14,257 nt of DNA from Caecitellus pseudoparvulus (lineage: Eukaryota > Protista > Bigyra: Bicosoecida), in the NCBI GenBank assembly GCA_965644315.1, contig CBFFRQ010000137.1, forward strand, positions 1 to 14,257. The letters run 5' to 3'. The position numbers and the translations under genes were made by a program. Shown one piece after another: positions 1 to 9,001 of this stretch; the first letter of the stretch is position 1; every line of letters begins with the position of its first letter. Under the pieces are notes generated by a model. That model saw only the letters and a program-made list of their open reading frames with translations, did not search any database and had not been told where the DNA came from.

Positions 1-1
1 C

Positions 2-633
2 AGTGAACACGAGAGCGTCGTTGAAGCCAGCATGGCGCACTACCTCAAGGCGCGCAGTGACGTGGTGCTATTCGATGGGGCACTGGAGGCGCTGCAGGCC
101 CTGAAAGCTCGGGGCTATGTGCTGGCTGCCTTGTCCAACGGCAACGCTGACGTGTGCCAAGTGCCGGCACTGCGCGAAGCAGGCGACGTGTTCGCAGTGC
201 ACCTGCACCCGGGAAAGGTGAGTGTGTGTACTTCATTCCGTAGAGCGCACGCAGCACGTATGGGCGCTTGCATGAGGTGCCGTCCATGCTCCGCGCGTTT
301 CGCTGTGTGCAGGTGGGAGCTGCCAAGCCGCATGGCGCGGCCTTCCAGGCAGTGTGCAAGGCTTTGGACGTGGAGCCACACGAAGTGCTTCATGTCGGCG
401 ATTGCATCACGTCAGATGTTGGCGGCGCACTGCGGGCAGGCATGCACGCCGTGCATGTGGATCCGACTGCGACGGCCACTGGGCAGCCATCGCCTCACTA
501 CTCGGTCGTCACCTGCGTGCAAGGCGTGCCGCACCTGCTGCAGCAAGGCCCTGGTGCTCATAGCTGCAGCCCTGTGGCAGGGCATGTTGTAGGTGCTGGC
601 GGCACCGCTGCTGCCCCAGTGGAAGCGCAGTGA
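2..633 (+). CDS. HAD-superfamily hydrolase (HAD-IA; YigB/NANP-like), 5'-partial, exons <2..217 and 313..~546 (frame stays open to TGA at 631-633)
   Basis: Splicing out 218..312 joins ...LFDGALEALQALKARGYVLAALSNGNADV...HPGK to VGAAKPHGAAFQAVCKALDVEPHEVLHVGDCITSDVGGALRAGMHAVHV. This gives HAD motif II (SN), motif III (KP) and motif IV (GDxxxxD). Motif I (DxD) is not in the window and the frame is open back to base 2. The true 3' end is uncertain because the tail after ~546 looks like the next gene. Confidence 0.85.
218..312 (+). other. Spliceosomal intron (95 nt, phase 0) in HAD gene
   Basis: AAG|GTGAGT donor at 218 and GTGCAG| acceptor at 312. Removal restores the HAD reading frame between ORFs 32.. 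and 268.. Confidence 0.9.
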
Positions 634-3339
634 GCAAGTTGTGGCGGGTGGGACCGGCTCCACCGTGCCGCTGTCCAACGTGCTGTCCCTGGGACCAGGA
701 GTGGCCCAAGCCACATTCAGCCCCAGGAGCGACGGGGTGCCGGACCCCTCCCCGAAGGCCGCTTCTTGGCCTGCAGCGTCAAGGCGACCAACGCTGCAGG
801 CCTGGCACGTCGAGCTGTGGGTCGCCCTGCACCCTTGGTCACAAGTGGGCCCACTGCTAGCATCGTGTGCGATGGCACTCGACTGGGCGGTGGCTTGGAC
901 TTTTCCTCCGACTGCAGTCAGGCAGCTGCGAACTGGCACTCCTTCGTGGACCCCTCTGGCATTGCAGCATACGAGGTTGCGCTTGGCAGCGCCGCAGGAC
1001 TGGGTGACGTCATGCCCTGGTCAGTCGTGGCGCAACGCACGGCATTGGCTGCGACAGGCCTGGCGCTGACGCCTGGAAGCACTGTGTATACCAGTGTTCG
1101 TGCCACAAACGTGGGGGGGCACGCCAGCGTGGCCTCCTCAGATGGCTTTGCCTGCGATGAGACGCTGCCTTCCCTGGCTGGCGCGAGTGCACAGGCCCTG
1201 CTGCTGACGGCGTTCGGGATCGGGGATCCTGCGGGGCGCGGCACGTGACCCTGTGCCGACCCCAATGCTGCGTTTGTGCCCGACTTCACGCACGGCGGCG
1301 GCGTGTGCCAGTGTGGGCCGGGCTTCGTGCTGAACGCGACGAGCAAGGCTTGCCAGCCCTGTGCTGTGCCCGCCTGCAAGCAAGTGCTTGGCAACGACCC
1401 CGCCCTCTGTGACGCCTGCAACTCAGAAGCCACTGGAATCGTCGCCCCCACACCGCCAATGCCTTCAGATGCCCCGACCCTGCAGTGTGCTCCAGGCACC
1501 TACCGAGAGGCGGCCAGAGGCGCCTGTGCCCCCTGCCCCCTCGGCCGGAACAAGGCCACTCACGGCACCTCCATCACTGAGTGCACTCCTTGCGCACCCT
1601 CTATGTCTGGCGCAGCTGGCGCCTTTGCACTGACGTTTGATGCCGCTGCAGATGCCGAGAGCGGCCTGGCTGTGGTGGTCGTGTCAGCTGGCACTTCCCA
1701 AGGCGGCACACAGCTTGCGCCCCCTGCCGCTGTGCCTCTGGACTCCCTCCACACATTCCTGGCCTCCAACATTGTGCATGGACAGCGGGCCTACTTCTCC
1801 CTCACTGTCGCAAATGGCGCTGGCGAGTACACCACCAGCACCGCTCGCACGGGTGCAGTGGACGCCACTGGCCCCACCCTGCTGCAGGTGTGGGATTCGC
1901 TCCGAGCGGCCCTGGGTGGATCTGAGCTTGCTGCATCCTTCGACGCAGCAGCCACGGCGTCTGCGGACTTCCTGGCGCTAGCGTGGGAGGGCGCAGCGGA
2001 TGCCGAATCTGGCCTGGAACACGTGCAGTGCATGTGGGGCACCAGCCCCGGTGCAGAGGACGTCGTGCCAGTGTCCCAGGCAGTCGTGCATGCGCTGCCT
2101 GGCCTGGCTTCAGGCACGTGTTCTGCTGTGCCTGGCTCTGCCCCGAGTGAGGGCGACGTGCTGTACGGAACAGTCGTGCTGACCAGCGCCTCTGGCCTGC
2201 AGACGTACGCCTTCACAGACGGCATCGTGGTGGATACGGCAGCTCCTGTGCCCACATGGCTGTCAGTATCTGCTGCCTGTAGGGGGCATGCGGGGTCCAC
2301 TCCGCCTGTCAAGAACTTGTTTCTGCCAGTTGGGGCGCCCGTGCATGCCTGTTGGCGGTGGCACGATGCCGTGGCGAGTGCGAACTCCCTGAGCTACGAG
2401 GTGTCTGTTGTGAACGCCTCTTGTGGAGCTGTAGTGCTGCTGTGGACTGCTCTGGGCACGGCACAAGAGGTGTCGCTGCTTCCACCTGCAGCTGTGCTGG
2501 GCACAAATGCCACCCTCTCCGCCACAACCCTGTCCTTGCCGCTGGGCAGTGGGCAGGAAACGCTGATCTTGTCAGTGAGGGCGACGGACAGCGCCGGGAA
2601 CGTTGCAAACACGAGCAGTGGGAGCATCTTCATCGGCCAAGAGGCAGCCTTCTCAGGTTCCATTTCACCTGTGCCGCTGACTGCCAGCGGCAGTGCAGGC
2701 GAGCTGTGCTGCTTCCAGCAGAACACAACCGCCGTGGCTGTGCAGTGGACCGTGGCTTCTCAGGCTCCTGTGCACTCTGTGCAGATCTCCCTCGGCTCCC
2801 AGCCAGGCTTGCGAGACTTGCAAGGCGCACAGCCAGTGCCACTGGACCAGCTGCAGGCCCTGCAAGGCGAGCTGCTGGTGGCTGGCCTGCACCTCGCCAG
2901 TGGCTCACAGGTGTTCCCCAACCTCCACGTGCAGTCCAGTGACGGCTGGACGAATATCGCCTCCAGCGTGGGTGTAACTGTGGATGCAGCTTGGAGTGCG
3001 CCAGTGCAGCAGCCGCTGTCCATGGCGCTGGCGGCGAGCAGCACCCTGGGTGCAGATGGCGTTTGGCAGGGCACAGTGCACAACCAGCGGGCTCTGGCCC
3101 GTGCGCTGCACCCCCTTGCTGCGTCCGTCCTGGGTGAAGCGCCTTCTACCGTGGAAGGGCAGCTGGCATTCGTGCCAGCCCAAGGCACCCAGCTCAACGA
3201 GGGGTCCTTGGCCGCTTCGGCGTTCACACAGGCCACAGGCCACACCTTCACAGCTGACGCGCCATGGGACGCCCAGCCAGGCATCGCAAGCGCTGCATGC
3301 GCCCAGAAAACTCGGATGTCTCCAACAACTGTTTTATGA
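556..3339 (+). pseudogene. Internal fragment of a large extracellular repeat protein (FN3/Ig-like repeats plus EGF/ephrin-receptor-like Cys-rich repeats); disrupted and truncated at both ends
   Basis: A recurring unit W..(F).D.ESG(I/L)..Y.V..G...G..DV..W...G..Y..V.ATN..G......SDG..VD is seen about 5-6 times (e.g. WHSFVDPSGIAAYEVALGSAAGLGDVMPW; WEGAADAESGLEHVQCMWGTSPGAEDVVP). Cys-rich CAPGTYREAARGACAPCPLGRNKATHGTSITECTPC at ~1486-1593. ORFs 766..1248 and 1276..3339 share a frame, separated by one TGA (1246-1248). There is a frameshift at the CCCC run 745-748. No signal peptide or TM anchor is seen. The left boundary is approximate. Confidence 0.7.
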
Positions 3340-3464
3340 AGGAGGCAGATTGTGTTGAGCTTTGGCCTCGTGATCGTGCTGAATTCGCAGCTTGCCTGGG
3401 AATCTGTACGTGGCGAGGAACAACTTGCTCGCAGGAAGCCCACAGCGCGTGGCACGAAGGCTAG
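3291..3464 (+). pseudogene. Possible orphan C-terminal coding fragment of an unrelated Cys-rich protein
   Basis: The frame of ORF 3264..3464 reads RCMRPENSDVSNNCFMKEADCVELWPRDRAEFAACLGICTWRGTTCSQEAHSAWHEG*. It starts where the FN3-like repeat breaks off (after ...WDAQPGIASAA) and GC content visibly drops. No family recognised. Confidence 0.3.
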
Positions 3465-4016
3465 CTGCACATTGTAGTGGCTATTGATGGTCACATTTAT
3501 TAGAGCATGCACATCGTATTGAAGCACTCGTGGGCGGCCTCAGTGCTGTTTGCCTCTGAGTCGCTCTGGAGGGTGAGGTGCGATCATACTTTGGCTCTGT
3601 ACCGGATGTGGGAGGAGCGGGCAACCAAAAAGTAGTTCATGGAATTTCATGGAGCATATTGTCAGATTGGTCTGCTTATGCACGCACCGCGAGCTTATGT
3701 CTTCATTTTCCATGTGATACTCCGGTTTCAGCAGCGTGTGACATATTTTTGCATCATTCGCGTATCTCTAAAAGCAGCTTTTCTTGTGCTTCACCGAAGC
3801 TGCACGACGGTACGCAGAAGACAAAGACATCATAACTGTGTGAAGGCGCAGTGGTGCAGAGAGTGTGGTGTTCATCCGACAGTTTGTGTTCAAGCTTGCC
3901 TCACCTCGGAGCTTCGTGCAGCTCTGCGTTGTGCGGACTTTCGCACACTTCCGCACCAGCACAGCCTTGAGTAGTGAGCGCGCACCTGCAGCAACTGCAC
4001 TCCTAAGCAAGGTGCC

Positions 4017-7000
4017 ATGAGCTTGAAGGCTGCATCGACCTTGTCTCGTGCTGTGAGGACGTCCCTGCGGCCTGTGTTGGCGTTGCGCAGTGTTGGGGCG
4101 GAATTTGCTGCTGCTCCAGTGCTCTGGCCTCCACCGCACGCACCCAAGCCGCCCCAGGCACCCAGCCTGCTGCGCCATACTTCGTCTGTAGCTGGTGCTG
4201 CGGCGAAGGGACCCCGAAAGGCCAGTGAAGTGCTTCCGAGCACGAAATGGTGGACTGCGATGGAGGAGAGCCAGCAAAAGAAGCTGCTGAAGGCTTTTGA
4301 TGGTCTGAACCCACAAGGACGGGTTGCCGAGTTGGCTCTTGCTGCCCTCGAGAAGCTGGAGGTACGTAGCTTGCCCTTGAGGTGCGCGTGTGTGAGGCGC
4401 TTCACCCTGCCCTTGGATTCGCCTTCTCAGGACCCCCCTGATGCGAATCTGTTGAGAGCATTCGTCTCAAGCGGCTTCATCGCTCAAGTCGACCTCGGGC
4501 TTAGATACAAGGGCGGAAGTGAAGAAACACGGGCTAAGTTCCTTGCTGAACTTCTTGCGTTGCCAGTTGAGGTCAGCTTGGAACTTGCTCAAGGGGGTGA
4601 ACTGTTGAGCTCGATTGGGATGCAGTTCGAGAATCGCGTTGCTCAAGTGTGGTTGAAGAGGTTGACCACTTATTTGTCTGAAGCAGACGAGCATTTCACG
4701 GAGCTGGTCGAGGCAGACAAAGCACTTGAGGGTGAACTTAGACGACGCAGACTAGCCGAGGAAGCTGAGCGAGTGAAGACGCAAGAGGCGCTGGAAGCGA
4801 AAGTGCGGGAGAAGCTGACTAAAATTGCAGAATCAACGAGTGCTTTGAAAGCGTGTGAAGTGAGTTGCGTGCTTGATGCACCCCTTAGCTGAAGTCGCTG
4901 TACTTTGGCGTCTCCTGTACCTTTGCACAGGTCAATGCCCGTCCTGAATTGTGGGGCATTCTCAAAGGCTGTGGGGTTGTAGACACCATTCGAGTTTCTT
5001 TGGTGACGTCAAATCCGGAACACGGGCTCAGTGTGATCGGCCAGCTCAGCGACTTGTCTGTCGCTGCTCTGGCACAAGAAGATGCCGCAGGCCTGAGTTC
5101 AAGAGTGATTCCGGAAGATTTTCCACACTCTTTGGCGAGGAACCTTGAAAAGAAGCTCGAAAAGGCAATTCGTTCAGCTTGGTTCAACGAGAAGACTCGA
5201 GAAGGAGATGTGGTAAATTTCGGTGTCCCTTTTCGCTCAATGCTGTTGAGGGCTAGGAGAGAGGAGGCTGCAGCCAAGGCGCAACTTGAGAGCGTGGGCG
5301 TCACTGATCAAGATTTCATGAAGACCGTACTCAACTCGGGCGAAACCCACAGTAGCATCCTAGATGCGAACTTTGGATGGCTTCTTGATGCAGGGGACGC
5401 TGTCAACAAAGGGGACGGGTCTAGTTGGGGCGTTTTGCGTGCTTTGGAGGAAGGATGGACAGTGGACAAGCTGAAGGGTGAAGAAGGCATCAAGTGGTCC
5501 ACCGGCTGCCATCCCATTTTCGTGGAGAACATTTTGGAGGGTGTGGTGCTTCGGTTGCCGATTTGGGAGGATCAGCCTTTTCTCTTCACCGATGATAAGA
5601 CTGGGTTGATTCAGAAGCCAGTGAACGATCTGACCCTACATGGTTTGCGGCCTGCAGTGCACGGGTTCCATGATGTGGAAAAATCAAAATGGCCAACGCA
5701 CAAGTTGCAAATGACCACATTCGTGCTCACTCGCGGGCGGTCAAAGCTGTTCAAGAAAACAATCCGTGCGAGAGAGTCGAGCAGGCTTGGTGTGATGACC
5801 ACCGCAGTGCACGGGACTGGGAAGTCAGCAACTCTCAGGACCCTCGCATTGATCTTCAGCGTCGGAGCTGGGGGCAATGTCATGTACCTGCCAGGGTCTG
5901 AAGTGTTTGCTCCCGGATCCACTCGTTTCAGTGAACTCCCCAACCAACTCATGCAAGGTGGTCTCTCCATGTCATGCGGAGACAGTATTTGCACCCCCAA
6001 ACTCTTCCGTGACATGGCTGCGATCGGCTTGTACGGGTCTGATGCGCATGAAGCCTTGAAGAGCATGTTCTTGTCTTCCGAAACACTCTTCAATCAAGGG
6101 GTCACGAAGGAAAAGAAAGATGTAAAAGGCCCGTTCGGCGCCCTGATCATCGACGAAGCAAACCGCCTCCAGAAAATGTTTACAGACAAGAAGATCTTGA
6201 AGGAGCCTGCTGAGTGGTGGGAGCAATTGAGGAGCCTGTTTAGCTGGAAAAAGACCTCAGGCAAAATTTTTGCCTTCTCCCCTGACTTTCACGCTTCCCA
6301 GCTGAAGAAGAACGAACTGAAGGGGGTGCAAGAGACATTCGACATTCAGTCATCGAAGGACTTGTCTCACCCCTTCTACGAGCTGGAACGCTACAGTGCG
6401 AGGCTCGCTTTCCAACTGATGATGGGGCCGCAAGACTCTGACGACCCCTTGAACATACTTGGCAAGAAAGATGATGGTGAAGTGGAGGGTGTGGGGCGTG
6501 GTGAAGACGTATCTCTTCAGCTTCCTCACGCAGTGGTGGGGTTGCTGAGCGACGAGGAGCTGAAAGAAGAATTGTGGAACGTGATAGTTTCTTTGGGAGT
6601 GGTTCCTCGGGATTTGCGTGTGGTGGTCAACATGTCTGAGGAAGCAACACCCTCGAAGAAGAACGTGGCTTGGTTTATGGAAGTATTGAGGAAGGGGTGG
6701 TTGCACACTCTACATCTTCTACAGTCAAAGTGTGAAAAGCGCCTGGGTGAAGCAACAAGCGACGAGATTGCCAAGCAAGCAGATGGCACATCCATCTTCT
6801 TGGACCATTCCTTGGCTGCACTCTCCATTCTCTCCAGAACCAACCCAGACGAACTTGACCTGACTGCCAATTCCAAGTTTTCGTCACACGTAGCACGGCA
6901 TGCATACATGCAAGCGCTCTTCAAGTGCCACACCGATGCCATGACGAGCGATGACCCGAAGAGGAGGGGTGCCTGGAAAAGGCTTCTGTCTGAAGCTGGT

Positions 7001-8224
7001 CACATCGGCACTGGCGAACAGTTTGAGGACACGGTGACGACACTGCTTGAAATGGGCTTGTTTGGGTCCAAGTACACACCTCTTTCAGGAATGCCAAGTG
7101 AGAAACCCTTCAAGATGCTTCTGAGGCACTCTTTCATGAGAGATGCTGCACGACTTCCAGAGGCAAAGGTTCTTTCTGACGCAACCGGCGCGGGCCTGTC
7201 CCTCGCCGATGTGCGGCAAGTGCAAACCCTTGCTCCTGGAAAGGTGCACGTGGTGCGCACGCCCCACTCCTTCCCGACAGTGGACTTCGTTGTATTCAGG
7301 CGCCCTCCTCTGGGAGAGGGCGGCAAGGCCAACCTCCAGGTGGCCTTCATCGAAACCACAATTTCGTCTCTTGGGACCCACGGCGGGAATAAGAAGCCGT
7401 CCAACCTGAACTTTGCCGATCCACCCCCCAAGGAAGGCTTAAAAGTGGAGATCCCACCGACTTTGAAGGACATCGCCAGCCTTGCTTTCAATATGAAGTA
7501 CTTCACTGAACTCAAGGGTTCTGAAGTGAAGTTCAGGCACTCCGAGAAAGAGCCAGCAGAAAATAAGACGAGCATGGCGAATTCGATTTTGTGGAGTTTT
7601 GGCATCCCCATTGACCTCAATGCCAGAGTCGAGTGCAGCGATGGCAAATTTTCCAAGCTCGTCATGTCCCCGGCTTTGCTTGAAGAGGCCCCTCGGAAAG
7701 AACTCGAGGAGACGATTTCGAAGCGACTGAGCGTACTCCCTGATGAGCCCAGAGCGCCTGCACCACGAAAGGTGGATCCGAGCGCGGAGGTTGCCAGTGG
7801 TGGGGCAGATGAGGATGATGTGACAGAGGGTACGTCTGGGATTCGGGAAGCTGAGGATGAGAGCCCTGCCGTCATGTCTGTGGGCTCCATGAGTGCAGAT
7901 TCCGATACCGAGCATTCTGAAGACATGGTCGATGAAGCAGAGCAGGTTGCCGAAGCAGACGCGCAGAAAGATGGCATCATTGACGAGTCTCCGATTCCCC
8001 TCACGAAACGTATCACTGGTACGGAACACGTTGACCTCTTCTTCGTGTATTGCACACCCAAGGCACAAGACAAGGACAGTCATACACCAGACCAAGCTGA
8101 CATTCCAGGCTTCTTTGGTGTCTTCGGACAGAACTACCTGCCCCCTTCCATGTCAAGACCGTCTAAAAGCGTGCCCATGATTGAGGAGCTGTCTTCCCCT
8201 TTCCTGTACTCATCTGGTAAGTAA
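4017..8224 (+). CDS. Crinkler/RHS-type (CR) effector-like protein: putative transit peptide + coiled coil + P-loop NTPase + C-terminal restriction-endonuclease-fold domain; join(4017..4361,4431..4859,4931..8224), ~1355 aa
   Basis: GCCATG start; two phase-0 GT-AG introns; last exon of 1097 uninterrupted codons ending in TAA. Walker A-like AVHGTGKS (5804-5827), Walker B GALIIDE (6137-6157), REase-like TPHSFPTVDFVVF...VAFIETTISSLGTH (~7259-7381), matching the FP.hD...hhQ/E.T...H signature known in CR-REase domains. Confidence 0.8.
4362..4430 (+). other. Spliceosomal intron (69 nt, 3n and stop-free, phase 0)
   Basis: GAG|GTACGT donor, pyrimidine-rich ...GCCTTCTCAG| acceptor. The read-through peptide (VRSLPLRCACVRRFTLPLDSPSQ) is out of character with its helical flanks. 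Confidence 0.7.
4860..4930 (+). other. Spliceosomal intron (71 nt, phase 0)
   Basis: GAA|GTGAGT donor and CTTTGCACAG| acceptor. Removal joins ORF 4017.. in frame with ORF 4949..8224. Confidence 0.9.
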
Positions 8225-9001
8225 GACGAAGCCCATCGCGTGAGTGTGTCAGAGACTGAACCAAGACAAAAGCGTGTTCACTAACACAATGGTGCTGAGA
8301 GAAATGGTGATGAGTGAAACAAGGTCAACGGTTGACGTACGCGCATGATGGTCCGTGGGCAGCCGCAACTTGACGAGCCGCGAACCTATTCACGGTTGGC
8401 AGACCATCGTGCTTGGCGGAACATGGAATCAGGCCTTTGTCATGAGCCCCGGCACAAGAACAGAGAGCACCACATCTGATCATTTGTGGATGACACTCTG
8501 CTCGAAGTTTCCTAGGCTCCCGACCAGGCAAGTCACTTCGCTACAGTGGTCTCGCACTGAAGAATGCAACTCAGATCATCCAGCAATCAGCACGCTAAGC
8601 CTCTTCGTTCGAAATGAGTGGAATATCCAGAAAAATGGAAACCAGACGCATTCCTCACTTCTGTCCCACCTCGAACTTGCTCCTCTTCCAGTCCACCTCG
8701 CTCAGGACAGAGACTGAGGCGCCGAAACACTTTACCAGGCAACATGTCAGGAGTTGGTAAAATATTCTGGGGCGTTGATTGCCTTTAATAGCTATCTTTG
8801 CTCTTGATCAACCATGTATTTGTGGGCAGTGCATTTCTACAGCTGACGCTGCAGTTGTGATGAACCAGCGAGCAACCTTCAGCGGCTTGGCAGTGCGAGA
8901 CGCGCAGGAATGGGATGGAAGGGTGGCCAGAATCAAGCCTTCCTTCAATCTTCACTGTGTCAAGGTTTTAATTGCTAGCCAGCACTCAGCGACAGGCAGC
9001 C

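Noticed and set aside
3437-3465. Helitron-like 3' end (weak hairpin followed by CTAG) to explain gene-fragment capture
   Set aside because: The hairpin is short and imperfect, CTAG is followed by C rather than T, and no Rep/helicase is seen.
3465-4016. Short ORFs 3578..3835 and 3639..3974
   Set aside because: Lower-GC region with no coding signature; probably the promoter/intergenic region of the 4017 gene, with no specific element supportable.
8225-9000. ORFs 8355..8717, 8325..8531 and 8779..9051, and possible decayed minus-strand coding remnants
   Set aside because: No recognisable motifs or consistent frame; treated as intergenic or unresolvable.
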